Source of the DNA: the human T2T-CHM13v2.0 reference genome, Homo sapiens
Strand: one strand, 5' to 3'
Length of the DNA: 64,000 bases
Assembly (NCBI RefSeq): GCF_009914755.1
Contig: NC_060926.1
Shown here: positions 18,198 to 31,240 of the stretch, one piece after another
How the letters are laid out: every line of letters begins with the position of its first letter
How positions within the stretch are numbered: the first letter of the stretch is position 1
Program-made: the position numbers and the translations under genes
The notes under the pieces: generated by a model
Databases searched by the model: none
What the model saw: only the letters and a program-made list of their open reading frames with translations
What the model was told of the DNA's origin: nothing

Positions 18198-19503
18198 CCC
18201 CACATCGGTCTTAAAACTTCCCACTGGTTATAAATAACTGCAGTGTATTCGGACTAGTTCAAAGTAAAGGCGATGATAGGGAAGGAGGTGATTGGTTTAA
18301 GAGGAGAAGCAGCCACACAAAGGGGCAGGAAGTGGTGCATCCGTAGCGGAGACTACTCTCTCCATCATTCATGGGGCCTGGGAACTCCCTTCTCAGGCTT
18401 TCTCAACACATTTGTTTCTTTTCTTCTCTGAAGACCAACTCTCTCTCTCAAGCACACCCTCTCTGCTTCTCAATTAATCTAACTTGCAAGTAACTTTGGT
18501 TTGTGTAATACTGCCTGAAGCCTCGACTCTATACATGAATGTATGGCTCAAATACACTTCATCAACTGTGTTCAGTTTTTATGTCCTTTTGTTCAAATGG
18601 TTAAATTCAGGCAATGCCGCAAATCTGTCACATGCCAACTGACAGTCTTCTGTATTGAGGACCAGTTAAAATTCATTGATATTATGAAACTAGTACTGTC
18701 ATTTACTAGGAATAGGTGATTTACTTTATTATTTATTTATTTATTATTAAATTTAAATCATGAATAGTTCCATTAGTTTAAAATTTATAAAATAAAAATA
18801 ATAAGCACAGAAAGCAGGAAAGATTTTTACCAATGTTTTCAAGTGGAAACAAAATAAAAGAATTTTTTTTCTGTTTTTCATGTTTCTGAACAATTTTCCT
18901 GGGTAAAATGTAATTTATATTCTGAATTTAAATTAGCTATACAATTTGTATAATAGAAAATGTTTTTCTCTTCTTTTCTAAATAAATGTAGAATAAATAT
19001 TTAAGGAATATTGATTGGAAAGGCCATTGAATGACAACTGTTCTCAGAGTGCCTGCATCTCTTATGCTGGCCACGGCTCCCTTGACCCTCAGAGCAAGTT
19101 CTGCCACCACATTATCTCCAAAAGCTGTGTTCAGGAATTTGTCCAGCTTCCCAGGTAAGGGCATTTAACCTCGGCTGCACTGGACTGCTGGCTGCGTCTG
19201 TCCCCTGGTCAAGGGAAGCCTTGGATGGAAGAGCGGCTGTCACAAAGAGGGGCAGGACAGGCATCGGAAGCAGCATTTGTCTTTGCCTCTTTGTCTCTCT
19301 GCCAGGATGATAACTGGCAACCACGTAGCCACAGAGGACAAGAGACCCCTGCATCTGAGCAGAGGCTGATCCTTTACTAGGCTGTTTTGCTTTTTAATGT
19401 GATTTCCTCCCAGCAAGCCACTTCCCTGCAGTCATGTAATGCCATTCTGATTTGGTTTGGCAGCGTTAATCTAAGGAACATGTTTAATAGCTCAGGCATG
19501 GTT

Positions 19504-20527
19504 ATTTGCATGAATTTTTTTTTTTTTTCTGATAGCCGCTGTTCCTTTTTAACACTGGGGTCCTTGAGGCTGCCAAGGCCTTGCTTTAGCCTGGAGCCCA
19601 GATTTCTCCATGGAGCTGCTCTGTGTCTGCCGTTGCTACTCACCCTGTATTGAGCACTTGGAGGTGTTCTAATTCAGGACAACTGTCTGCTGTCAGTGAG
19701 GAATTAGTGCATGTGGCCCGACAGTGGAAGGCAGCAGCACCTCTAGGCAAGCTGTTTTCCTTGCTAACTCATTGTATGCCTGTGGGTCAGATTCCTTCAG
19801 TCCCCAGGGCAGTGATTCTCCAGGCGGGACCTGTCTCAGTGTCTAAGTGATGGATTGCATTGTTTGAAAATTCGTGGCCGAAGCTGCTGTCAGATGTACT
19901 GAGAGCAACTGTCATTGTGGAGGGAGAGTGAGCAAAGGGCTCACCTTAGAAGCTGTACGCTTTCCTTTCCAGATTTTGTGTCACTTGCTATTAGCATCAA
20001 TAGCCCATGTCCATAGAACCTCTGCCTCTCTTGACTTCCCTGATTCTGTCCAAGGCTTTCCAAGCAGCAGTTCATACACGCAGTCTTGCTGCCCTCTTTA
20101 ATTTTCCCCTTTCCACAGACTTAGTACCCATAGTCACCCTCAATTTCTTCTGTACAGCACTACTCTCTGTACAGCGTTCCCTTCCTTAGCTAGAGTCTTC
20201 ATCCCACCCAGCAAGCACTGAAATCTAACAGTGGGGAGCCAGGAAGAGGACATTTTTATGCAAATAAGTAAATATCTACACTTCATTTACAGTGTGACTC
20301 TGAAATAAAGTCTTTTTACCTAAAGGAAGAGAGTCAAACTATTTTCACAACTAGTCCTGCATTGATTTCTCTGATGATTTGCATGGGGGTTTCTCGGAGC
20401 ACTGCTACTGGGTACAGAAGTTCTTATCACTTGTAATTCCTCAAAACATGAAGCATGCCGATGAGAAATTCGGTATAGGAGAATAAAATAAAACAGACAA
20501 CAAAGAGAGGATCATTAAAATGCAAAT
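19504..20527. promoter_or_regulatory. Candidate enhancer with four perfect octamer (ATGCAAAT) motifs
   Basis: ATTTGCAT 19504-19511, ATGCAAAT 20258-20265, ATTTGCAT 20377-20384 and ATGCAAAT 20520-20527 in DNA with no recognisable repeat; function is inferred. Confidence 0.35.
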
Positions 20528-20723
20528 CCCAGCTGCTCTACAGGGTTCATTTTGTCTCATCTTCTCTGTGAAACCTTCATCTACTGCTCTAGCTCCATAC
20601 ACCGATAGGGTCCTCTTTAATGTCTACAGATCCTACAACTGTTCTGTGAAATATGTGACTAAAATTTGTACAGTGGTAGGTCAGTTTCTGGGTCTTTAAA
20701 AACTGCCAGCTTTTTCTCTAAAT

Positions 20724-21622
20724 TGGGATGAAAACCAAACTCTAAAGTATTTAAAGAGGCTTATTCTGAGCCAGTATGAGTGACCATGACCCAAGAAAGA
20801 GTCTCAAGCCATCCTGAGAAAGTTGCCTAAGGTGGTCGGGTTACACTTTGGTTTTATATAATTTAGGGAGACAGAAATTGTAGGTAAAATCATAAATCAA
20901 TATGCAGAAGCTATATATTGGTTCAGCCTGAAGAGGAGGGATATCTTGAAGGGGCGGATGTGAGGTCATTAAGTGGATTCAAAGATTTTCTGATTGGCAG
21001 TTGTTGCAAGAGTTAAGCTTTGTCTAAAGACTTGAAATCAGTAGGAAGAAATGTTTTAATTAAGATAAAAGAGGGTGTCAAGGCCAAGGTTCTTGTTCTG
21101 AAGCCTCCAGTTAGCAGCCTTCGGAGAGAATAGATGGTAAATGTCTCTTTTTAGAACTTAAATGTGTCAAACTCTCATTTAATTTCTCCTAGCTCTGGGA
21201 AAGGTCCGGAAAGGGAAATTCTGGCTGCATTAATGGAGATTCTCTACAGATCCAAATTTCCTCCTAAAAAGATCACTTTGAAGAGCGATTTCAAGATATG
21301 TCAAAGAATATATTTTGGAGTAAAATATTTTGATTTCCTTTAGGGTCTGCTGTCTGTCACATGATGCTATACTAAAGTCATGATGGAATTTGGTATTGTA
21401 TTTCTACAAAGAGTCTATGTGGTCAGTCTTATGATCTCTGTTTTAACGTTAATGCTGGTCAGTTGTACCTAAACTCCAAACAGAGGGGCTATAATGAGGC
21501 GTGTCCAACCTCCCCTCGCTGTCATGGCTGGAAATTTAGTTTTTTCAAGTTTCTCTTGGGTCCCCTTGGCCAAGGGTTCATTCAGTCATTTGGGGGGCTT
21601 CAGATTTTATTTTTGCTTTATA
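20724..21622 (-). mobile_element. MER4-group (MER4D-like) ERV1 solo LTR
   Basis: TTATTCTGAGCCAGTATGAGTGACCATGACCC, GGTGGTCGGGTTACACTTTGGTTTTATA, TTAATGCTGGTCAGTTGTACCTAAACTCCAAA and terminal GGGGGGCTTCAGATTTTATTTTTG; ~900 bp. Confidence 0.82.
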
Positions 21623-22379
21623 GGGTGTCAGGGCCTTTGGGGTGAAGGCCATGTCTTATCTGGAAAATGCCTAAAAATGGAGTAGATTGGGCCTTGAGCA
21701 GTTTTTCAGAGGTTCAGTTACAAACTCTAAAGCAAGCATGAGAAAAAGCACATTATTGGAGTAAGTATGATTGATGTTGTTATGAAGAGTATTATTGATT
21801 TATTCGCATCTCCAAATCATTCTAGAAAGAGAATTGAGACAGCTTATCTTATCTATCTTTCTATCTGTATGCATACAATGGGATAAATTGACAAAATAAA
21901 CGTGAGGAAATGGCAGCAACGGGAAAATGAAATCAGGAAAATAGGATAAATAGAGAGGTTTGATAACACATAATGAACACCGTAAGACACTATTCAACTG
22001 CTGGAGAGGAGCCCCAAATTTGGTTGTAAATTTACCAGCAGCCACAACAAAGGGGAAACACAATCTGTTGCAAAAATTATGGGGCCTGTAAAATGAAAAC
22101 TCAGCTAAGGCAGGAAAACCTGTTCTTTCTGGTTCGGTGAGTCCAGTGACCCAAGACTCACAGACTCATGATTCCTGAGAAGAGGCACTGACCTGGTGCT
22201 GTGCACAATGTCATTGCCCACATTTTTAAAAAGAGCCAAGGTTCTCATAGCATCCCCCAAGGCAGGCTAGTGGCATGCACTTCAACAGATGTAGTTCAAT
22301 GAGATTCAAAACTGTACATCATGCAGTAGTATTTCTCTTGAACTGAGAGTGCAGAAGTGCTATGTTGTTTGTATATCAG

Positions 22380-22698
22380 TGTTGCAGGACTTTCTCCTTA
22401 ATTCAGCTAAAAACAGGGTCCTTGTCACCTGACCATGAAGATTAGGCTTGAAGACACGTTGAAGGGTGAGAAGGGCAGGGTTTATTGGGTGAAAAGGATA
22501 AAAAAGGGAAACAGGGATTCTCAGCAAAACGAGAGTCCTGATTGAATCCCAGGGACCACCTCAGAATGGGAGGGGCCAGGCTCCTCCCCATTTGCAAACA
22601 GCAGAAACTTCTGGAGGTTCCACCCCTGTGTGCACTCCTCTCAGTGTGTAGGCTGGTTGGAAGTTCTTCCAGGAAGCCCTTGTTACTTGGCTGTCTCA
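22380..22698 (-). mobile_element. MER61-type ERV1 solo LTR
   Basis: TGTTGCAGGACTTTCTCCTTAATTCAGCTAA...TTGGCTGTCTCA; TG/CA ends; 4-bp TSD TCAG at 22376-22379 and 22699-22702. Confidence 0.85.
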
Positions 22699-22815
22699 TC
22701 AGTAAGCACTGGTAATCCATCCAGTGAAAGCAGTTTTGACAAACTGTCACTAAACTTACAGATGTGTACCTCAGAAGAAGATAATAAAATCTCTCTGAAA
22801 GAGGAAATCTGAATA

Positions 22816-22899
22816 TGTAAATACATAGGTAGGAAAAATAGCTCATTTGAAATCGTAAATATTGTAAATATGTAGGTAGGAAAAATAGCTCATTTGAAA
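22816..22899. repeat. 37-bp direct duplication with 10-bp spacer
   Basis: TGTAAATA(CA/TG)TAGGTAGGAAAAATAGCTCATTTGAAA at 22816-22852 and 22863-22899. Confidence 0.9.
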
Positions 22900-23272
22900 C
22901 AACTAAAAAGTGATTATAATATAAAGATTCATGACCACATCTTTCATACTAGCAAATGAGAAAAACAGGATCACATTTTATCTGTAACTGCATATCTAAA
23001 ATCTCAAAGGAAAGAATAAAGAGGAGAAAATGCTTGCAGGTGTCTGTGAATCCACATCTAGGAAATTAGGTTAGGAGTTGTATTTGTTTTGTGTTGATAA
23101 TATCTTGGTAGTGGTAGTGCTGGGTGGCTCTCCCACCTCTCAGAATGCAGGTGTGGTAGGGGCTGGGAAAGGGGCACAACATGGAGAATGTTCATGAACC
23201 AGAGTGGGCTAAGGGAAATAGGGTATTTGCTAAAGAGAAGGGGGAATAAGCCTGATGACAGGAGAGAGGGAG

Positions 23273-23328
23273 AGAAGGAGAGTGGGGAAAAAGGAGGAAG
23301 AGAAGGAGAGTGGGGAAAAAGGAGGAAG
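23273..23328. repeat. 28-bp purine-rich tandem duplication
   Basis: AGAAGGAGAGTGGGGAAAAAGGAGGAAG x2. Confidence 0.9.
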
Positions 23329-24360
23329 AGAACAGACAAAAAGAACGAGAAAGTCATGGACGACTGAGAATACAGAGAGAAAGCAGGGAAGAAAAAAGAC
23401 ATTTCTGAACCTTAAACAGTAATTACCAACTTGACTTAATGGCAGAAAGCAGTTGAGAATAAGAGGCTTCCTTTTCAGAGAACAGGAGTTGAAGAGAAAT
23501 GAGAGGACTTTTCCCTTTCTCTTCTTAGTCAGTCTTCTTTCTGCCTTACAGGTTTTTTCTGTGCCCAGAAACAGTCCTCCAGCAGAAGAGCAGGAGACAA
23601 GAGTTAGTGTCCCAGAAAATGAAGCTGAGGCCCAGAAAAGATAGATGACCCATGGCCTTATAAGGTCTAATAAAGACTAGGTTTCCTTTCATGATCGGTG
23701 TGGCTCCACTGTAGGCTTTTACGTAGGTGAGCACTAGAATTAGATTTTTATTTCAGAAATATCCCTTTGGAAGTATTATGGAGGGTTGATCAGAGAAGGC
23801 AGTTGCCTTAATTCTGCCTCCAGATTGTTGGTGATGAGCCCTCTGATTTCTGGTGTTTCATGCTACTCTAAAGTGGTTAGCACTCTCAGTCTGTCCACAA
23901 TTTCTCCAAGAATGGTCTTATACAAGGTACAATGTTCACAGTGACAGACGTCAAAGAGCAACGTGCCAGGCTACTTTCTCTAATATACTTCTGACATCTC
24001 ATTTTTATTGAGTTATTCTCTCCTTGAAGACTTTCACTCCTCATTCCCTGTAGGAGATGGCTAACTCGTTGGCCCGCTCTCCATGGCCTTCTCCCTCTGG
24101 TGTCATCTGTACTTGAAGAATTTCCCATCTATCTTTCTCTGACTCTCCTCTCTGTTCAAATTAATCTACTTATTTCCTAAACAGGCTTGTTTTATCATTG
24201 TTCTTTTCTCTTCTTGAAAGGGGCTCTCCACTCCTCTTTTCTGAGCCAAACACTACCTAAACTTTAAGGTCCACATAAAATGTTTCATGTCTAAGGAGGC
24301 AAAACATATTAAGGTCTGGTCCCTGGGTTCAATCTCATGCTTGCTGCTTGCCAGCTAGTA

Positions 24361-24930
24361 GTACAATGTCACAACCAGAATATTGACCCTGATGTAGTCA
24401 AAATACAGAATACTTTCATCATTGCAAGGATCCCTTCTGTTACCATTTTATAGCCATATCTATTTCCCTCCCACCCTAACTCTATCCTGGGATCTCTGGC
24501 AACCACTAATCTGTTCTTCATGTCTGTAATTTTGTGGTTCCAAGAATGTTATATAAATGAAAGTATACAGTATGTAACATTGTGGGGTTAGCTCTTTTCA
24601 CTCAGCATAAGCTTCTGGAGATTCATCTAGATTGTTATTATGTCAGGAGTTCATTCATTCCTTTTTATTGCCAAATATGTATTGCATGGTATGGATGCAC
24701 CACAGTTTGCTTAACCTTTGACCCATTAAAAGACATTTGTTTCCAGTTTAGCTGTTAAAAATAAACTACTGTGAACATTTGTGTACAGGTTTTCACATGA
24801 ACCTATGTCTTCATATCTTTGAGATAAGTACTACCCAAGCGTGTAACTGCTGGGTTGTTTAGTAGCCTGCTTTGTTGTTGTTGTTGTTGTTTAGAAACTG
24901 CCAAACTCATTTCCACAGTAGCTATATGCT
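24361..24930 (-). mobile_element. Old L1 (L1MC-like) 3' end; host of the nested cluster
   Basis: L1MC-like 3'UTR (GTACAATGTCACAACCAGAATATTGAC...CTGGCAACCACTAATCTGTT); continues after the L1PA7 at 29510. Confidence 0.75.
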
Positions 24931-24934
24931 TTCA

Positions 24935-27900
24935 TTTTATTTTTATTTTTTATTATACTTCAAGTTCTGGGATACATGTGCAGAACGTGCAGAACGTGCA
25001 GGTTTGTTACATAGTTATACACGTGCCATGGTGTTTTGCTGCACTCATAAACCTGTCATCTACATTACTTATTTCTCCCAATGCTACCCCTCCCCTATCC
25101 CGCCACCCTCCGACAGGCCCAATAAGCCCTGGTGTGTGATGTTCTCCTCCTGGTGTCCATGTGTTCTTGTTGTTCAACTCCCACTTATGAGTGAGAACAT
25201 GCGGTGTTTGGTTTTCTGTTCCTGTGTTAATTTGCTGAGAATGATGGTGTCCAGCTTCATCCATGTCCCTGCAAAGGACATGAACTCATGCTTTTTCATG
25301 GCTGCATAGTATTCCATGGCGTATATGTGCTACATTTTCTTTATCCAGTCTATCATTGATGGGCATTTGGGTTGGTTCCAAGTCTTTGCTATTGTGAAGT
25401 GCTGTAACAAACATTCTTGTGTGTTTGTCTTTATAATCCTTTGGGTTTATAAAATGATTTATAATCCTTTGGGTATATACCCAGTAATGGGATTGCTGGG
25501 TCAAATGATATTTCTGGTTCTAGATCCTTGAGGAATTGCCACAGTGTCTTCTACAATAGGTGAGCTAATTTACACTCCCACCAACAGTGTAAAAGCATTT
25601 CTATTTTTTCACACCCTCTCCAGCATCTGTTGTTTCCTGACTTTTTAATGATTGCCATTCTAACTGGCATGAGGCTGTGAATTCATCTGGTCCTTGTTTT
25701 TTTTGGTTGGTAGGCTGTTAATTACTGCCTTGGTTTCAGAACTTGTTATTGGTGTATTCAGGAATTCAAATTCATACTGGTTTGGTCTTGGGAGGGTGTA
25801 TGTGTCCAGGAATTTATCCATTTCTTCTAGATTTTCTAGTTTATTTGCATAGAGGTGTTTATAGTATTGTTTGATGGTAGTTTGTATTTCTGTGGGATCA
25901 GTGTTGATATCCCCTTTATCATTTTTTATTGTGTCTATTTGATTCTTCTCTGTTTTCTTCTTTATTAGTCTAGCTAGGGGTCTATGTATTTGGTTAATCT
26001 TTTCAAAAAACCAGCTCCTGGATTCATTGATTTTTTGAAGGGTTTTTTGTGTCCCTATCTCTTTCAGTTCTGCTCTGATCTTAGCTATTTCTTGTCTCCT
26101 GCTAGCTTTTGAATTAGTTTGCTCTTGCTTCTCTATTTTTTTTTTATTGTGATGTTAGGGTGTTGATTTTAGATCTTTCCCACTTTCCCCTGTGGGCATT
26201 TTAGTGCTATAAATTTCCCTCTAAACACTGCTTTAGCTGTGTCCCAGAGATTCTGGTATGTTGTGTCTTTGTTCTCATTGGTTTCAAATAACTTATTTAT
26301 TTCTGCCTTTATTTCGTTATGTACCCAGTAGTCATTCAGGAGCAGGTTGTTCACTTTCCATGTAGTTGTGTGGTTTTGAGTGAGTTTCTTAATCCTGAGT
26401 TCTAATTTGATTGCACTGTGGTCTGAGAGACTGTTTGTTATGATTTCCTTTCTTTTGCATTTGCTGAGGACTGTTTTACTTCCAAATTATGTGGTCAATT
26501 TTAGAATAAGTGTGATGTGGTGCTGAGAAGAGTGTATATTCTGTTGATTTGGGGTGGAGATTTCTATAGATGTCTATTAGGTCTGCTTGGTCCAGAGCTG
26601 AGTAAAAGTCCTGAATATCCTGTTAATTTTCTCATTGATCTGTCTAATATTGACAGTGGGGTGTTAAAGTTTCTCGCTATTATTGTTTGGGAGTCTAAGT
26701 CTCTTTGTAGGTCTCTAAGAACTTGCTTTATGAATCTGGGTGCTCCTGTATTGGGTGCATATATATTTAGAATAATTTGCTCTTCTTGTTGCATTAATCA
26801 CTTTACCATTATGTGATGCCCCTCTTTGTCTTTTTGGATCTTTTTTGGTTTAAAGTCTGTTTTATCAGAGACTAGGATTGCAACCCCTGCTTTTTTTTTT
26901 TTTTTTTTTTTTTGCTGTCCGTTTGCTTTGTAAATCTTCCTCCGTCCCTTGATTTTGAGCCTATGTTTGTCTTTGCATGTGAGATGGGTTTCCTGAATAT
27001 AGCACACCGATGCGTCATGACTCTTTATCCAATTTGCCAGTCTGTGTCTTTTAATTGGGGCATTTAGCCTGTTTACATTTAAGGTTAATATTGTTATATG
27101 TGAATTTGAATCTGTCGTTATGTTGCTAGCTGGTTATTTTGCTCGTTAGTTATGCAGTTTCTTCATAGTGTCAATGGTCTTTATAATTTGGTATGTTTTT
27201 GTAGTGGCTGGTACAGAGTTTTTCTTTCCATATTTAGTCCTTCCTTCAGGAGCTCTTGTAAGGCAGGCCTGGTGGTGACAAAATCAGCATTTGCTTGTCT
27301 ATAAAGGATTTTATTTCTCCTTCACTTATGAAGCTTAGTTTGGGAGGGTATGAAATTCTAGATTGAAAATTCTTTTCTTTAAGAATGTTGAATATTGGCC
27401 CCCATTCTCTTTTGGCTTGTAGAGTTTCTGCAGAGAGATCTGCTGTTAGTCTGATGGACTTCCCTTTGTGGATAACCTGACCTTTCTCTCTGGCTGCCCT
27501 TAACATTTTTTCTTTCATTTCAACCTTGGTGAATCTGACAGTTGTGTGTCTTGGGGTTGCTCTTCTCGAGGAGTATCTTTGTGGTGTTCTCTATATTTCC
27601 TGAATTTGAGTGTTGGCCTGTCTTGCTAGGTTGGAGAAGTTCTCCCGGATAATATCCTGAAGAGTGTTTTCCAATTTGTTTCCATTCTCCCCGTCACTTT
27701 CAGTTATACCAGTCAAATGTCAGTTTGGTCTTTTCACATAGTACCATATTTTTGGAGGCTTTGTTCATTTCTTTTCATTCTTTTTTCTCTAATCTTGTCT
27801 TCATGTTTTATTTCGTTAAGTTGATCTTCAATCTCTGATATCCTTTCTTCTGCTTGATCGATTTGGCTATTGATACTTGTGTATGCTTCACGAAGTCCTC

Positions 27901-29509
27901 CTGCTGTGTTTTTCAGCTCCATCAGGTCATTTATGTTCTTCTCTAAACTGGTTATTATAGTCAGTAATTCCTCTCACCTTTTATCAAGGTTGTTAGCTTC
28001 CTTGCATTGGGTTAGAACATGCTCCTTTAACTCAGAGTTGTTTGTTATTACCCACCTTCTGAAACCTACTTCTGTCAATTTGTCAAACTCCTTCTCTGTC
28101 CAGTTTTGTTCCCTTGCTGACGAGGAGTTGTGATCCTTTGGAGGAGAAGAGGTGTTCTAGTTTTTGGAATTTTCAGCTTTTTTATGCTGGTTTTTCCTTA
28201 TCTTTGTGGTTTTATCTACCTTTGGTCTTTGATGCTGGTGACCTTTGGATGGGGTTTTTGTGTGGACGTGCTATTCCTTTCTGTTTGTTAGTTTTCCTTC
28301 TAACAGTCAGGCCCCTCTTCTGCAGGTCTGCTGCAATTTGCTGGAGGTCCACTTCAGACCCTGTCTGCCTGGGTATCACCAGCGGAGGCTGCAGAACAGC
28401 AAAGATTGCCGCCTTTTCCTTACTCTGGAAGCTTTGTCCCAGAAGGGCACCTGCTAGATGTCAGCTGAAGCTTTCCTGTATGAGGTGTCTATTGTCTCCT
28501 GTTGGGAGGTGTCTCCCAGTCAGGAGGCATGTGGTTCAGGGGCCTACTTGAGGAGCAGTCTGTCCCTTAGCAGAGCTTGAGCGCTGTGCAGGGAGACCTG
28601 CTGCCGTCTTCAGGGCTGGCAGGCAGGAAGGTTTAAGTCTGCTGAAGCTGCACCCACTGCTGGCCCATCCCCCAGGTGCTCTATTCCAGGGAAATGGAAG
28701 TTTTATCTATAAGCCCTTGACTGGGGCTGCTGCCTTTCTTTCAGAGATGCCCTGCCTAAAGAGGAGGAATCTAGAGAGGCAGTCTGGCTACAGAGGCTTT
28801 GCCAAACTGTTGTGGGCTCCACCCAGTTCGAACTTCCCGGTGGCTTTATTTACACTGTGAGGCGAAAATTGCCTATTCAAGCCTCAGTTAAGGCAGACAC
28901 CGCTTCCCCACCAAGCTCGAGCGTCCCAGGTTGACTTCAGACTGCTGTGCTGGCAATCCCTATTTTGGTAGGGATTGCAGTAGATCTTAGCTTGCTGGGC
29001 TCTATGGGGGTGGGATCCACTGAGCTAGACTTGGCTCCCTGGCTTCAGCCCCCTTTCCAGGGAGTGAATGGTTCTGTCTCACTGGCATTCCAGGTGCCAC
29101 TGGGGTATAAAAAAGAAAACTCCTGCAGCTAGCTCAGTATCTGCCCAAATGGCCTCCCAGTTTTGTGCCTGAAACCCAGGGCCCTGGTGGTGTAGGCACG
29201 CAAGGGAATCTCCTGGTCTGGGGGTTGTGAAGACTGTGGAAAAAGCGCGATATCTGGGCTGGAAATGCAGTATTCTTCATGACACAGTCCCTCATGGCTT
29301 CCCTTGGCGAGGGGAGGGAGTTCCCGACCCCTTGTGCTTCCTGGGTGAGGTGATGCCCCACCCTGCTTTGGCTTGCCTTCCTTGGGCTGCACCCACTGTC
29401 TAACCAGTCCCACTGAGAGGAGCCTGGCACCTCAGCTGGAAATGCAGAAATCAACCACCTTCTGCACTGATCTTGCTGGGAGCCGCGGACTGGAGCTGTT
29501 CTATTGCCA
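24935..29509 (-). mobile_element. L1PA7-like LINE-1 with both ends but a ~1.9-kb internal ORF2 deletion
   Basis: L1PA7-type 3'UTR (AAGTTCTGGGATACATGTGCAGAACGTGCAG), EN fragments (ORF 26564-26794 ILNIYAPNTGAPRFIKQ), ORF1 fragments (27246-27518, 27734-27922), 5'UTR to ~29509; deletion junction at 25673; degenerate TSD GCTATATGCTTT / GCTATACCCTTT. Confidence 0.92.
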
Positions 29510-31240
29510 CTGCTATACCCTTTTATATTTCCACCAACAATATATTAGTGATCCCTTTTCTCCACATCCTCACTAGCATTTGGTGTTCTCACTGTTTTTT
29601 ATTTTAGCCATTCTGATAGTGATAGAGTGAGATCTCATTTTGGTTTTAATTTGCACTCAGCAAATGGCTAATGATGTTGAACGTGTTATCATGTGCTTAT
29701 TTTCCATCTGTATATCCTGTGTGTTGAGATGCCTCTTTATAACTTTAGCCCATTTTCTAACAGAATTGTTTTCTTTTTTTTTTGTCAAGTGTTGAGAATA
29801 CTTTATATATTCGATTCGTTTGTCAGGTACGTGGTTTGGAAGCATTTTCTCCCACTCTAGTTTTTCTTTTCGTCCTCTGGACAGGATATTTCACAGAGCA
29901 AAAGTTTTTTTTTTTTCTTTTTTCCTTTTTCTGAAGTCTAATTTATCAAGCCTTTCTTTTATGGATTGTCCCTTTGGTGTCAAGTCTAATAACTAGCCCT
30001 AGATCCCAAAGATTCTGAAGTTTTTCTTACATGTTTTAAAACAAGTTTTATAGTTTTGCATTTTATATTTAAGTTCATGATTCCTTTTGAATTAGTTTTT
30101 ATACAAGATTTGAGGCTTAAGTTGAGGCTCTCTCTTTGTTTTCTTTGTTGTTGTTGTTTGGTTTTGTTTTGGATCTCTAATTATTTTAGCAGTTTGTTTA
30201 AAAATCTATCTTTCCTCCATTAAATTGCTTTTGGACCATTTTCAAAAATCAGTTGGGCATATTTGTGTGGATCTATTTCTGAGCTCTCTATTCTGTTCTA
30301 TCGATATGTGTGTCTATTCCTTCATCAATACCATATGCTATTGATTACTAGAACTATATATGGTAACTTGCAATCAAGTAGACTATTGCCATGCTATTTT
30401 TTTTGCTTTCAAAATTGTTTTTAAGCTAATCTAGTTTTTTTGCCATTTCATATAAATTTTGGAATAATCTTGTTTATGTCTATAAAAATATTGGGATTTT
30501 GACAAGAATTGTGTTAAGCCTGTAAATCAATTTGTGGAGAACTGACATCTTTAGTTTGTTGAGGCTTTCAATCCATAAACATGTTTCTTCATTTATTTAG
30601 ATCTTTGATTTCTGTCAGTAGTACTGTGAAGTTCTTAGCCTACAATTCTTACACATGTTAGATTTACATCTAAATATAGTTATTCCTTTTTCAATGATTA
30701 TAAATTGTATTGTCTTTTAAATTTTGTTTTGCACGTGTTTATTATTACTGTATAGAAATGCAATTGACCCTTGTGTGTTGATCTTGTATCTTGTGACTTT
30801 GCTGAACTCATTTATTAATTTCAGGAGTTCTTTTGGGGCACATTTCTTAGGATTTTCTAGGTAAGCAATTATGTCATCTGCAAAAATGCAGTTTTACCTC
30901 TTTGTTTCCAATTTGCATGCATTTTATTTCTTTCCTTGCCTTATTGTTCTGGGCAGAACATTCAGCACTACTTTGAATAAGACTGGCAAAAGTGTACATC
31001 TTTGTCTTGTTCCCAGCCTAAGGGAGAAGGAATTCACTCTTTCACCATTATGCACAACGTTATTTGTACGTTTTTAGAGATGCGCTTTATCATGTTCAGA
31101 AAGTTCTCTTCCATTTGTTTTTTTCTTTTTAAAAAATCAGTGGGTGTTGAATTTTGTCAAATACTTTTTCTGTATCAATTGATCCAATCGTGATTTTTTT
31201 TTTCTGTTGGAATGGAGCGTTATACTAACAGATTTTCGAA
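29510..31240 (-). mobile_element. Continuation of the old L1MC-like element (ORF2 3' region)
   Basis: Degenerate antisense L1 ORF2 (TTAGCCATTCTGATAG, GTCATCTGCAAAA = LFADD region) collinear with 24361-24930. Confidence 0.75.

Noticed and set aside
22816-22899. Repeat-spacer-repeat as a CRISPR-like array
   Set aside because: Only two copies with a 10-bp spacer, in a primate context with no cas genes.
25673-25674. L1 internal deletion as a spliced L1 (SpIRE-type) insertion
   Set aside because: The deleted segment would start GA and not end in AG, so there are no canonical splice sites.
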